Shown: positions 9,277-18,812, counted from the first letter of the stretch. The stretch is DNA of 32,000 bases from Coprobacillaceae bacterium (GCA_963675515.1 OY776328.1:900001-932000), one strand, 5' to 3'. Numbers and translations: made by a program. The notes: generated by a model from the sequence alone, not told the origin.

Positions 9277-11118
9277 ATGAGAAAGAAGTTAATAACAACT
9301 GCAGTATCATCATTGATGGTGGCTTCACTGTTGTCTATGAACACGGTGAATGCTGCTGTCAATATTTTTTCACCAGCCAATGTAAGCGGTACTACGGCGA
9401 GCTATAAAGCCAGTGCGGCCGGATTCAAATCAATCTACAGCGACTTGCTGAGCCCGACATACTATATCTTTGCGGGAGCCAAAACAGACCAACAGGCCAA
9501 CGAACTGATCGATGAACTAGGTATGATGGCCAATATCGAACAATGGGCCAGTGACGTGAATGTCATTTCTCCATTGAATGGCACTGACTACACCCAGGAA
9601 GATCTGGACGCCTTCATCAATTCGGTGGGAATCGCGAAAAACGTCAAGGTTATCGGAATCGATACAGGGGCTACTTTCGTAAACAATTTCGTCAGCCAGA
9701 ACTGCTATTTCGTTGCCGGGATAATGGTTTACGGCGGTGAAATGAGCGAAGGTCTCGACTACAATGTGGCGGTGCCTGCTTATCTGAGTGGCCAAAGCGA
9801 AACGGCAGTCAACTATTACAAACAAGCCAATGGAACCGACTCAAGTCAAAGCAATGAAGGCTATGAACTTGACATGAACAAGGCGAACCCACTTCAACAG
9901 GTGGGAATCGCCAGCGGTGAAGAGACTTTAGCTCAGGCCTTTGCGAATGCCTGGGATGCGGTTTTCTCGAGAAACTACCGTCATCATATCTCAACGACTG
10001 AATTCTACAATATGCCGGTTACCGGTGTGAATTTCGTCGGCAGCGTCCTGGAAAACGCCTTCGAACCTTATACATTGGTGGAAATACCGGTATTCGATGA
10101 GTTGGGGATCACGTACAACCAGATGTTCGACCAGCCGGTTTCAAATATGCCAGGAGCCTACACCTGGTTCGAATATCTGCCAGAAGCTACCTTGACAGGT
10201 GCCGATGAATCGGTTCCTTTGGTTGTGACGCTTCATGGCAATCAAAATGATCCTCGCCTTCAAGGTGATGCCTCTCGCTGGGTTGAACTGGCGGCTCAGG
10301 AAAATTTCATGGTCGTTTCGCCTGAATATCAAGACAAGAGCGAAAACAACTTCTTTGGCGGGGATGGTCTTGGTGATGAAGGGTTGTACAACCTGATCAA
10401 GGATCTTGAAGTGAAGTATCCGCAAATCGACCCATCAAGAATTTACGTTACCGGTCTTTCTCAAGGTGGGGCCAAATCTTCTCTGCTTGGAATCAAATAC
10501 AGCGATGTTTTCGCTGCGGTCGGAGTGGTTTCGGGAGTAAATGTCTATAATGACGAAATCCAAAGTCTCGTGGCCGACTACCAAGGCAACCAGACTGCGT
10601 ACCTTTACATGTGCGGGGATCACGATTTCTTCCAGATGATTCCTGTCGACGGGTCAAGTACTCATGGCTTGAGCGAACTTACCGATGGCGGAGCCAATAT
10701 CTGGCAAATGGATCCTAACACTCATATCTATCCAGCATTACAGGCTTATCAAAAAATCAACGGCCTGGAAGTTACTGAGATGGACATGGCAGCCAACAGC
10801 TATTATGGTATGGCTCTAGACAACTGGCATGATGAAACATTGGGAGACAAAACAATGCATGTTGGAAGCCTGTCAAACGACAAAGGCGTAGTTATGCAGT
10901 TGGCAGCTGTGGAAAATCTTGCCCACTGGAACTATAAACCACAAGCGGCATATATCTGGGATTTCTTCAACAATTATGAAAGAGACATGGCAACAGGTGA
11001 ATTGGTGCTTGTCAAAGATGACAGCAATTCAATCAGTCCATTCGTCATTGTCGGAGGAATAGCGGTGATCGGTGTGGCAATCTACATCGTCATCAGAAAA
11101 GGAAAAAAAGCTGAATAG
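9277..11118 (+). CDS. Secreted, membrane-anchored alpha/beta-hydrolase esterase (PHB-depolymerase/feruloyl-esterase-like)
   Basis: 613 aa with RBS GAGGAAG. The signal peptide ends VNA/A. Nucleophile elbow GLSQGG, and an upstream LVVTLHGNQND oxyanion-type segment. The C-terminus has a TM helix plus a RKGKKAE tail with no LPXTG motif. Confidence 0.6.
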   Translation: MRKKLITTAVSSLMVASLLSMNTVNAAVNIFSPANVSGTTASYKASAAGFKSIYSDLLSPTYYIFAGAKTDQQANELIDELGMMANIEQWASDVNVISPLNGTDYTQEDLDAFINSVGIAKNVKVIGIDTGATFVNNFVSQNCYFVAGIMVYGGEMSEGLDYNVAVPAYLSGQSETAVNYYKQANGTDSSQSNEGYELDMNKANPLQQVGIASGEETLAQAFANAWDAVFSRNYRHHISTTEFYNMPVTGVNFVGSVLENAFEPYTLVEIPVFDELGITYNQMFDQPVSNMPGAYTWFEYLPEATLTGADESVPLVVTLHGNQNDPRLQGDASRWVELAAQENFMVVSPEYQDKSENNFFGGDGLGDEGLYNLIKDLEVKYPQIDPSRIYVTGLSQGGAKSSLLGIKYSDVFAAVGVVSGVNVYNDEIQSLVADYQGNQTAYLYMCGDHDFFQMIPVDGSSTHGLSELTDGGANIWQMDPNTHIYPALQAYQKINGLEVTEMDMAANSYYGMALDNWHDETLGDKTMHVGSLSNDKGVVMQLAAVENLAHWNYKPQAAYIWDFFNNYERDMATGELVLVKDDSNSISPFVIVGGIAVIGVAIYIVIRKGKKAE

Positions 11119-11151
11119 TTAAATAAAAGGCAAATCACATACCTGAAAATC

Positions 11152-11187
11152 AAAACCCGTGTTCAACTTCGATTGAGCATGGGTTTT
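11152..11187 (+). terminator. Rho-independent terminator after the esterase gene
   Basis: AAAACCCGTGTTCAA pairs with TTGAGCATGGGTTTT (G-U pairs allowed), with TTTT at the 3' end of the stem. Confidence 0.55.
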
Positions 11188-11253
11188 AAATTTGTCTTTG
11201 CCACCAAGTGTGATATAATGCGATTATAAAGCAGTTATGAAAGAGGTGGCAGC

Positions 11254-12225
11254 ATGATTTCACAAGATATCCTGGAGAAACTTATCTGTTTTACCGATGA
11301 GGAGATTGACAATCTCAATAAAAAAAACACTATCGACTACAGCATCTTCGAAAGCACACATTCAAATGTCATTGATGCCGGCAAGATTCTTGAAAACGGG
11401 GCCCAGCTGGCCATCCGCAAGCACGCCCGGTTCATGGAATATCCCAAACACCGCCATAACTATCTCGAGTTGATGTATGTGTACAGCGGCAAGATGACCC
11501 ATCATATTGAAAACAAAGCAATCGTCATCAACCAGGGCGAACTGCTGCTTCTCAACCAGAATATCGAGCATTCGATCGAGTATTGCAACGAGGATGACAT
11601 CATCTTCAATTTCATCATCAAACCGGATTTTCTGGAGTTTTTGGCCACTATGATCGAGGATGAAAACGAGATCAACCAGTTCATCTTCAATGCGCTATAT
11701 TCAAGTGCCAACAACGGTGAATACCTGGTCTTCAAGGTAGCTGAGATAGAAAAGATCCAGGAAGATGTCGAGTCGATCATAACAGCGCTCTACCAGGGAG
11801 GAACGACAACCTTGACCCTCAAGCTGCTTGTCGGCCTGCTTTTAAGCGATCTGATGTATTATCCCGAGACAATCGAAACCTACAGCTCCAATAGTTTTGA
11901 TCTGATAGTTCTTAGCGGCATCTACAAATACATCGAAACCAACTTCCAGAATGCCTCGCTTGGTGAACTTTCCAAGAAGATAAACCAGCCCGACTACAAG
12001 ATTTGCAAGATTGTCAAGAAAATGACAGGCAAGACGTTCAAGGCGCTTGTTCAGGACGTCCGGCTCAACAAGGCGGCTAGTCTGCTCAGGACTACCAATT
12101 TGCCGGTTTCGTCAATAATCAATGAGGTCGGTTATGACAATATGACTTACTTCTATCGGATTTTTGGCGATAAATTCAAACAAAAACCGAATGAATACCG
12201 AATCGGGAGTGAACCTAACAAGTGA
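11254..12225 (+). CDS. AraC-family transcriptional regulator (RhaR/RhaS-like by context)
   Basis: 323 aa with RBS AGAGGTGG. It has a cupin-type N-terminus (HRHNYLELMYVYSG) and an AraC HTH C-terminus (SIINEVGYDNMTYFYRIFGDKFKQKPNEYR). It lies directly upstream of rhaBAD. Confidence 0.8.
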   Translation: MISQDILEKLICFTDEEIDNLNKKNTIDYSIFESTHSNVIDAGKILENGAQLAIRKHARFMEYPKHRHNYLELMYVYSGKMTHHIENKAIVINQGELLLLNQNIEHSIEYCNEDDIIFNFIIKPDFLEFLATMIEDENEINQFIFNALYSSANNGEYLVFKVAEIEKIQEDVESIITALYQGGTTTLTLKLLVGLLLSDLMYYPETIETYSSNSFDLIVLSGIYKYIETNFQNASLGELSKKINQPDYKICKIVKKMTGKTFKALVQDVRLNKAASLLRTTNLPVSSIINEVGYDNMTYFYRIFGDKFKQKPNEYRIGSEPNK

Positions 12226-12263
12226 ACAAAATGATCTGACTGCAAATCAGGTTAATAAATAAG

Positions 12264-12300
12264 ACAACCCAGGACATTACAAAATGGGTTGTTTTTTTTT
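12264..12300 (+). terminator. Rho-independent terminator (stem plus T9) abutting the rhaB RBS
   Basis: ACAACCC (12264-12270) pairs with GGGTTGT (12286-12292), followed by a run of nine T. It lies inside the 5' extension of the track ORF 12284, which argues for the rhaB start at 12323. Confidence 0.6.
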
Positions 12301-12322
12301 ATACTTATTACGAGGTGAGAAA

Positions 12323-13723
12323 ATGAATTATTATCTGGCAATCGATATAGGTGCATCCAGCGGTCGGCATATCTTGTGCAGCATGCAAGATGGCAAACTG
12401 GTCCTGGAAGAGGTATATCGGTTCAACAACAATGTAGTTAAAAAAGAAGGTCACTATCATTGGGATATCGACAATCTCTTTGATCAGATCAAAACAGGTT
12501 TGAAGGAATGCAAGAAAGTCAACAAGATCCCCAAGACAATGGCAATCGACACCTGGGCGGTTGATTATGCCCTGCTTGATCAAAGCGGCCAACCTTTAAA
12601 CGGGGTTTACGCCTATCGGGATTCCCGAAACGATAACGGTGTTAAAACCATTCAAAGCAAGATCACTCCAGAAAAGTTGTATGGAATGACCGGGCTCCAG
12701 TTCCAAAAGTTCAACACCATCTATCAGCTGTCAAGTGAAGATGAAAAGGCCAGAAGGGAAGCATGCGATTTCCTAATGGTTCCCGACTATCTCAACTATC
12801 TCCTTACCGGAGAAAAAGCAAACGAGTACACCAACATGTCAACGACCCAGTTGCTCGACATCAAGACCAATCAGCTTGATGAAAATCTCGTATCCCTGAC
12901 GGGATTCAATCCGGCAATGTTCAAAAAAATGGTGATGCCTGGGACCAAACTTGGATGTTTCTTAGAGGAGGTTCGCCAAGAAGTCGGTTTTGACTGTGAA
13001 GTTGTCGTTCCGGCAACCCACGATACCGGCAGCGCCTATATGGCGTCAATCGAAGACAACAGCATCATCCTTTCATCGGGAACCTGGTCGCTGCTGGGAA
13101 TCGAGAGCGAAGAGGCGATTGTCAATGAAGCGGCCCGCTTGGCCAACTTCACTAACGAGGGTGGCTACAATTATCGCTACCGGTTCTTGAAAAACATCAT
13201 GGGGCTCTGGATCATCCAGGAAGTCGCCCGCGAGTACCATGGCGAATACGGTTTTGGCCAGCTGGTCGAGATGGCAAGACAAGAACCGTTTGAAGGGACA
13301 TTCGATGTCAATGATGACCGTTTCCTGAAGCCGGAAAACATGATTGAAGAAATCATTGCCTATTTCAAGGAACGTGACCAGAGCTACCCAAAAACAGCAG
13401 GTGAAATCGCCTACTGTGTCTACAACTCCCTGGCGCACTGCTACAAAGAGGCTATCGCGGAATTGGAAGAGATTACCGAGAAGAAGTATGATCGTATCAA
13501 TATCATCGGCGGAGGTTGCCAGAATATCCTGCTTAACGAGATGATCGCAGCCACCTGCAAAAAGAGAGTTGTGGCGGGTCCGATCGAGGCAACGGCATTG
13601 GGCAATATCCTATCACAGCTAATCAGTGACGGTGTGGTCAGCTCGCTGGAGCAAGGTCGCCAGCTGATTCGTGATTCATTTGAAATTAAAACATACTGGA
13701 GGAGAATACAAGATGGATTTTGA
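12323..13723 (+). CDS. rhaB: Rhamnulokinase
   Basis: Start moved to [15 protein letters not shown] with RBS GAGGTGAG. It has the FGGY-kinase fold ([27 protein letters not shown]). It lies in the order rhaB-rhaA-rhaD. Confidence 0.9.
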   Translation: MNYYLAIDIGASSGRHILCSMQDGKLVLEEVYRFNNNVVKKEGHYHWDIDNLFDQIKTGLKECKKVNKIPKTMAIDTWAVDYALLDQSGQPLNGVYAYRDSRNDNGVKTIQSKITPEKLYGMTGLQFQKFNTIYQLSSEDEKARREACDFLMVPDYLNYLLTGEKANEYTNMSTTQLLDIKTNQLDENLVSLTGFNPAMFKKMVMPGTKLGCFLEEVRQEVGFDCEVVVPATHDTGSAYMASIEDNSIILSSGTWSLLGIESEEAIVNEAARLANFTNEGGYNYRYRFLKNIMGLWIIQEVAREYHGEYGFGQLVEMARQEPFEGTFDVNDDRFLKPENMIEEIIAYFKERDQSYPKTAGEIAYCVYNSLAHCYKEAIAELEEITEKKYDRINIIGGGCQNILLNEMIAATCKKRVVAGPIEATALGNILSQLISDGVVSSLEQGRQLIRDSFEIKTYWRRIQDGF

Positions 13724-14969
13724 AAAAAGATATCAAGAAGCAAAAGAAGTATATGCGACTTTAGGCATCGATGTCGATGGAGCATTGGAAAAATTGGACA
13801 ATTTCCCAATTTCAATGCACTGCTGGCAAGGTGACGACGTAGTAGGATTTGACGGGGCTGGGGCTCTTAGCGGGGGAATCCAGACAACTGGAAACTACCC
13901 AGGTAAAGCGACAACTCCAGAGCAGTTGATGGCGGACATCGACAAGGTTCTTTCACTGACACCAGGGAAAAAACACCGAATCAACCTCCATGCCTGCTAC
14001 GCGATCTTCGCTGAAGGTGAATGGGCTGACCGTGACCAACTTGAACCAAAACATTTCCAGGCTTGGGTTGACTATGCAAAGGAAAGAGGTTTGGGACTGG
14101 ATTTCAATCCGACTATCTTCTCCCATCCTAAAGCTACAGGTTTGACTCTGTCATCACCGGATAAAGAAATCCGTGATTTCTGGATCAAACACAGCCAGGC
14201 TTGTATCCGTATCAGCGAATACTTTGCGACTGAACTGGGTACACCTTGTCTAATGAACATATGGATACCTGATGGTTTGAAGGATATCCCAGGTGACCGC
14301 ATGGCGCCAAGAAGAAGATTCAAGGAATCATTGGATGAAATCCTGGCAATCGACTATGACAAGGAAAAAGTTCTTGTTTGCTTGGAATCGAAGGTTTTTG
14401 GAATCGGGATGGAATCATATACTGTAGGTTCGTCTGAGTTCACATTGAGCTATGCCAAGACAGCGGGAATTACTCCGTTGATGGATAACGGTCACTATCA
14501 TCCAACTGAAGTAGTATCCGACAAACTTTCGGCAATGCTGCTGTTTAATGACAAAGTGGCGCTTCACGTGACACGTCCGGTTCGCTGGGACAGTGACCAC
14601 GTAGTCCTTTTCGATGATGAAACAAAAGAAATTGCCAAAGAAATCGTCAGAAACGATGCGATGGAGAGAGTTCTTGTCGGGCTTGACTTCTTCGACGCAA
14701 GCATCAACCGGATCTCGGCTTGGACAGTTGGGATGCACAACATGCAAAAAGCGATGCTCAATGCCTTGTTGACGCCACATGCGCAACTGTCAAAACTGCA
14801 AGATGAAGGAAACTTCACGAAAATCATGGCAATCCAGGAAGAGTTGAAGACTTATCCATTTGGTGATGTATGGAACTATTACATGGCCAAAAACAACCTG
14901 CCATCATATCTTGACTGGTTCAAAGAGATTGAAAAATATGAAACTGAAGTATTATCAAAAAGGGGATAA
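13713..14969 (+). CDS. rhaA: L-rhamnose isomerase
   Basis: Start moved to [12 protein letters not shown] with RBS GGAGGAG. It overlaps the rhaB 3' end by 11 nt. The conserved segment [14 protein letters not shown] is typical of RhaA. Confidence 0.9.
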   Translation: MDFEKRYQEAKEVYATLGIDVDGALEKLDNFPISMHCWQGDDVVGFDGAGALSGGIQTTGNYPGKATTPEQLMADIDKVLSLTPGKKHRINLHACYAIFAEGEWADRDQLEPKHFQAWVDYAKERGLGLDFNPTIFSHPKATGLTLSSPDKEIRDFWIKHSQACIRISEYFATELGTPCLMNIWIPDGLKDIPGDRMAPRRRFKESLDEILAIDYDKEKVLVCLESKVFGIGMESYTVGSSEFTLSYAKTAGITPLMDNGHYHPTEVVSDKLSAMLLFNDKVALHVTRPVRWDSDHVVLFDDETKEIAKEIVRNDAMERVLVGLDFFDASINRISAWTVGMHNMQKAMLNALLTPHAQLSKLQDEGNFTKIMAIQEELKTYPFGDVWNYYMAKNNLPSYLDWFKEIEKYETEVLSKRG

Positions 14970-14973
14970 CAGA

Positions 14974-15801
14974 ATGAATATATTGGAATTGGAATTTATC
15001 AAAGGATTCATCCGCATGTGCGACGATGGGTTCAACCAAGGTTGGCATGAACGTAATGGGGGTAACCTGACATACCGCATCAAAGACGAAGAGATCGCTC
15101 AGGCAACAAGCATGCTTGACGAATCTAAGGAATGGGTGGCTATCGGTACCGAGGTCCCATCATTGGCTGGGGAATATTTCCTGGTTACCGGTTCGGGAAA
15201 ATATTTCCGCAACGTGGCTCTTGCTCCTCAAACAAATATCGCAATCATCAAAATTGATGAAACCGGAACAAAATATCAGATCCAATGGGGTCTTGTCGAT
15301 GGCGGGAAACCGACTAGCGAGTTGCCATCACATTTGATGAACCATGCGGTCAAAAAAGCGGCATCAGATGGTAAACACCGCGTAATCTACCATGCCCACA
15401 CGACCAATGTGATCGCTCTTACTTTCGTATTGCCTTTACGTGATGAAGTGTTCACTCGGGAACTTTGGGAAATGGCGACGGAATGTCCGGTTGTCTTCCC
15501 TGGGGGAATCGGGATGGTGCCTTGGATGGTGCCTGGAGGAAAAGCAATCGCTGTGGCTACCTCAAAACTGATGGAAAAATATGATGTGGCAATCTGGGCT
15601 CATCATGGAATGTTCTGTTCAGGGGAGGATTTCGATCTGACTTTCGGTCTGATGCATACGGTTGAAAAGTCAGCGGAAATCCTGGTGAAAGTCCTGGCGA
15701 TCCAACCAACCAAGCTCCAAACAATCCAAGCCGATGAGTTCCGTGAATTGGCTCGTGATTTCAATGTCAACTTGCCTGAAGAATTTTTATTCGAAAAATA
15801 A
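14974..15801 (+). CDS. rhaD: Rhamnulose-1-phosphate aldolase (class II aldolase)
   Basis: Start moved to MNILELEFIKGF with RBS AAAGGGG, 5 nt after the rhaA stop. Motifs: GWHERNGGNLTYR, HAHTTN, WAHHGMF. Confidence 0.9.
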   Translation: MNILELEFIKGFIRMCDDGFNQGWHERNGGNLTYRIKDEEIAQATSMLDESKEWVAIGTEVPSLAGEYFLVTGSGKYFRNVALAPQTNIAIIKIDETGTKYQIQWGLVDGGKPTSELPSHLMNHAVKKAASDGKHRVIYHAHTTNVIALTFVLPLRDEVFTRELWEMATECPVVFPGGIGMVPWMVPGGKAIAVATSKLMEKYDVAIWAHHGMFCSGEDFDLTFGLMHTVEKSAEILVKVLAIQPTKLQTIQADEFRELARDFNVNLPEEFLFEK

Positions 15802-15815
15802 GAGGGAGAAGCAAA

Positions 15816-16973
15816 ATGTCAAAAAGATTTATCTTAAATGAAACAAGCTACCATGGAAGCGGAGCAATCAAGGAGATTGTGAGTGAGGCAGTTTCCCGCC
15901 AATTCAAAAAAGCCCTTATCGTAACTGACAAGGACCTGGTGAAATTCCAGGTAGTCAAAAAAGTGACTGACCTTTTGGATGAAGCAGGACTTGCTTATGA
16001 GATTTTCGACGAGGTAATGGCTAATCCGACTATCGAACTGGTTACCAATGGAGTAGCAGCCTTCAAACAAAGCGGGGCGGACTACATGATCGCCATCGGT
16101 GGCGGATCACCTCAGGACGCAGCAAAAGCGATCGGAATCATCATCAACAATCCGGAATTCGCCGATGTGAGATCTTTGGAAGGTGTCGCACCGACCAAAA
16201 ACAAATGCGTTCCAATCATCGCCGTGGCAACTACAGCCGGAACCGCAGCTGAAACGACAATCAATTATGTCATCACTGACGTCCAAAACAAACGCAAATT
16301 CGTCTGCGTCGATGTCCATGACATCCCAGTAGTGGCGATTGTTGATCCGGACATGATGGCTTCGATGCCAAAAGGACTTACTGCAGCTACTGGTCTTGAT
16401 GCCTTGACTCATGCGATTGAAGGCTATACGACTCTAGGTGCGTGGGAACTGGCTGATACTCTTAACCTTAAAGCGATCGAACTGATTGCCAGAAGCTTGG
16501 AAGCTGCCTGCCAGAACGATTCTAAAGGTCGTGAGGACATGGCTTTGGGTCAATATATGACCGGAATGGCTTTCTCGAACGTGGGACTAGGTGTAGTCCA
16601 TGGTATGGCTCATCCGCTAAGCGCATTTTATGACACGCCTCATGGTATCGCCAATGCTGTGTTGCTTCCTTACGTGATGGAGTACAACAAAGACTTCACT
16701 GGAGCGAAATTCAAGGAAATCGCCAAAGCGATGGGTGTAAGTGGTGTCGAAGCCATGAGCGAAGCTGAATACAAGCAAGCCGCTATCGATGCGGTTGTCA
16801 CCCTGTCTAAAAACTGTGGAATTCCTCAGACCTTGAAGGAAATCGGTGTCAAGGAAGAAGACCTTGAAGCCTTGACTGCAGCGGCCATGGCCGATGTGTG
16901 TACCGGTGGGAATCCTCGTCCTTGCCAAAGCGATGAGATCCTGGCATTATACAATACAGCATATAGCGGATAA
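15816..16973 (+). CDS. fucO: Lactaldehyde reductase / L-1,2-propanediol oxidoreductase (iron-containing ADH)
   Basis: 385 aa with RBS AGGGAGAAG. Fe-ADH motifs: GGGSPQDAAKA and GVVHGMAHPLSAFYDTPHG. Its position after rhaD fits reduction of the L-lactaldehyde released by RhaD. Confidence 0.85.
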   Translation: MSKRFILNETSYHGSGAIKEIVSEAVSRQFKKALIVTDKDLVKFQVVKKVTDLLDEAGLAYEIFDEVMANPTIELVTNGVAAFKQSGADYMIAIGGGSPQDAAKAIGIIINNPEFADVRSLEGVAPTKNKCVPIIAVATTAGTAAETTINYVITDVQNKRKFVCVDVHDIPVVAIVDPDMMASMPKGLTAATGLDALTHAIEGYTTLGAWELADTLNLKAIELIARSLEAACQNDSKGREDMALGQYMTGMAFSNVGLGVVHGMAHPLSAFYDTPHGIANAVLLPYVMEYNKDFTGAKFKEIAKAMGVSGVEAMSEAEYKQAAIDAVVTLSKNCGIPQTLKEIGVKEEDLEALTAAAMADVCTGGNPRPCQSDEILALYNTAYSG

Positions 16974-17098
16974 TTTCTGCCAAAATTGTCCAAACCTTCC
17001 ATTATAATTTAATCATTCGCAACTAATCCATTATCAATTTTATAACACTAATCCAATAATATAAGACCGTGCCAAGTGCACGGTCTTTTCATTTGGGA
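16479..17098 (+). repeat. Left copy of the ~620-bp direct repeat (intact fucO 3' end, 3' UTR and terminator)
   Basis: Collinear with 26290-26906 from GAACTGATTG to CACGGTCTTT. My hand comparison gives roughly 45 mismatches or indels in about 620 nt. An extra 9-mer, TTAACCTTA, is shared at 16462 and 26262. Confidence 0.85.
17063..17089 (+). terminator. fucO rho-independent terminator
   Basis: AAGACCGTGC-CAAG-TGCACGGTCTTTT: a GC-rich stem followed by a T-run. Confidence 0.7.
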
Positions 17099-17229
17099 AT
17101 TATTCACTAAGTGTCAATCCATCGTACAAAATCCAGATAAGGTAAGCCTGTTTGTTTAAATAAGCATATATGATTATCAAGTGAGCCGGTCAATTGGCGG
17201 AATCCAATTATCTCCTTGTCAATAACTTG

Positions 17230-17274
17230 TTGATGTCAAGTATACTTGATATCAATAAGTTTCTTCGGTATGAT
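17230..17274 (+). promoter_or_regulatory. Sigma-A-type promoter overlapped by a 26-bp palindromic operator
   Basis: The palindrome TTGATGTCAAGTATACTTGATATCAA (17230-17255) has 24 of 26 positions symmetric. The -35 TTGATA (17246-17251), a 17-nt spacer, and the -10 TATGAT (17269-17274) lie upstream of the 99-aa ORF. Confidence 0.4.
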
Positions 17275-17313
17275 TAAAGAGGTTAATTAATTTACATTAG
17301 GAGGAATAATTGA

Positions 17314-17613
17314 ATGTTTAGTCACATGGATGAAATTGAATTATTACAATATCTAAAAGCTGTCAGAATAACATATTACTTCACGTTGACGTTAGAAGTA
17401 ATTGCTTTCATATATTCTATACCCTGTTTAAACGAGTACTCAAATTTGATATTGCTCTTTATTTTGTCGCAACGTCTTCTTGTTACCATTGTTGTTGAAT
17501 ATTACAAAGTAAAGGCAGGTAAGAAAATGAGTAAAATACGTTTTGTCGCTGGTTGCATATTGATGATTGCTATAATGTTATTAATAATAAAATTGTCCTT
17601 AGTTCCCGGGTAG
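17314..17613 (+). CDS. Hypothetical small membrane protein (about 3 TM segments)
   Basis: 99 aa with a very good RBS (AGGAGG, 8 nt from the ATG). It has hydrophobic segments and a lysine-rich loop. I recognise no family. Confidence 0.5.
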   Translation: MFSHMDEIELLQYLKAVRITYYFTLTLEVIAFIYSIPCLNEYSNLILLFILSQRLLVTIVVEYYKVKAGKKMSKIRFVAGCILMIAIMLLIIKLSLVPG

Positions 17614-17970
17614 CTTTTCTAACCACATCTCAGGTTTTCGGTATCCTGACCGGGCATTCAATACCAAATGCTTTGTAGCAATCATTCGCCTTCTTGAAAG
17701 CTTCTTGAGTGATTGGCTCATATTTTTATCCTCGCTATCATGTCTAAATGATACGCTAAGAGGATGAAAAAGTTAAGGAAAACAGCAATTTTAGAAGGCA
17801 CAAAACACCCTTCTATCGCAACTTTAATTTAGGATAAAACCGAGTAAAAAGTTTACCTAAGTCATGTGGTCATTCAAAAACAACATTCTAAATATTAATC
17901 TTTCAATCTAAATAGACAGAGAATCTGTGAATTAACACGTTACATTTCCATTTTAGAAATAATATTCCTA

Positions 17971-18064
17971 GTTGATGTTGTTGGTGCGAATATTATGATT
18001 TTCGTGCTCATCTGTGGATTTAAAAGAGCTTTTTTGCTTTAATTTTATTATACCAACTGAGAGG
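17971..18064 (+). promoter_or_regulatory. Paralogue of the agrD-like promoter with candidate LytTR direct repeats
   Basis: It aligns without gaps to 31633-31726, about 71 of 94 identical by hand count. Direct repeats TTGGTGC (17981-17987) and TTCGTGC (18001-18007) are 20 bp apart. The -10-like box is TATACC (18049-18054), followed by a GAGAGGGGAG RBS-like run. Confidence 0.45.
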
Positions 18065-18090
18065 GGAGAGTGGTGGAGTAATCAAAAACC

Positions 18091-18258
18091 ATGTTAATGT
18101 TTGAAGTATATTTACTTGTTTCGGCATTTGTTTCATTAATTCTTAAAATGTCACGAGTAATTCCTAGAAAAAATATACTTATTATAGATAAAATGGTATT
18201 GAAATGGCCTGTAGCATTCATTACAGTTGCCTTGAGGATATATATTCACAACAGGTGA
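18091..18258 (+). CDS. Hypothetical 55-aa two-helix hydrophobic peptide downstream of the LytTR-box paralogue
   Basis: ATG at 18091 to TGA at 18256-18258 (MLMFEVYLLVSAFVSLILKMSRVIPRKNILIIDKMVLKWPVAFITVALRIYIHNR). It lacks a well-spaced RBS and overlaps a minus-strand track ORF. The call is weak. Confidence 0.25.
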   Translation: MLMFEVYLLVSAFVSLILKMSRVIPRKNILIIDKMVLKWPVAFITVALRIYIHNR

Positions 18259-18687
18259 ATATATATATTTACTTGGATGGTTGATTATTTTGGACTTTGT
18301 GGACATTATTATGTGTTTCAAAAAATCAAATAAATAATAGTACACGCCAAATAGAGCGTTGGGCCATTCGTGTAGTACGATATCGATAAAATCATTGGCA
18401 CGTAAAAAGGAATACCGCAACTTCTATTTCTGTTTTGGTATTCCTTGTTTCAGTTCTTTGATTTCCTTGCAGGTTTACTGCCGCAAATGTGTTGGCAATA
18501 CTTCATGGTAAGGAAGTAGTTTCTTAATTCTTCTTTATTTTCAGGATCGTTATTCGGTAGTCGCGCTAGAATCCATGATTGAAGAATAAAACACGCACAC
18601 ACCAAACATATTAAAAAAATGAATCTGAAATTATCGAATTCATTTATAGTTGTTTACTAAAATTTAGAAATCAATAGATTTAAAGTG

Positions 18688-18716
18688 TCGACATGAGTTA
18701 ATTTGAGTATTATACT
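18688..18716 (+). promoter_or_regulatory. Sigma-A-type promoter upstream of the small membrane protein and bacteriocin genes
   Basis: TCGACA (18688-18693), a 17-nt spacer, then TATACT (18711-18716). Confidence 0.45.
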
Positions 18717-18812
18717 ACGTAAAGAGTAGCTAACTGAGGTTTAATTGATTATTAGCTGCCTATCTGCTGCATCTAAACGATAAATATTAAATATGTAATT
18801 TAAGAAAGTAAA

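Noticed and set aside
16617-16928. 103-aa minus-strand ORF inside fucO, and its near-twin at 26421-26738 inside the fucO remnant
   Set aside because: Both are antisense shadow ORFs of a well-supported plus-strand gene. Neither has an RBS. The second exists only because the region is duplicated.
17620-17740. Minus-strand open frame reading ...KYEPITQEAFKKANDCYKAFGIECPVRIPKT, possibly the C-terminal remnant of a lost gene
   Set aside because: It has no start codon, no RBS and no recognisable family. It is too short to interpret.
18151-18420. 89-aa minus-strand ORF downstream of the LytTR-box paralogue
   Set aside because: Its TTG start lies inside a hairpin loop (18407-18446) and it has no RBS. 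It has no family resemblance and overlaps the equally weak plus-strand 55-aa ORF. I could not decide that either is real.
18430-18620. Possible ~50-aa minus-strand ORF ending ...MKYCQHICGSKPARKSKN, followed by a hairpin plus T-run on the minus strand
   Set aside because: It has only TTG/GTG start candidates and no RBS. The terminator loop is unusually large (20 nt). It may be a gene remnant, but nothing supports a call.
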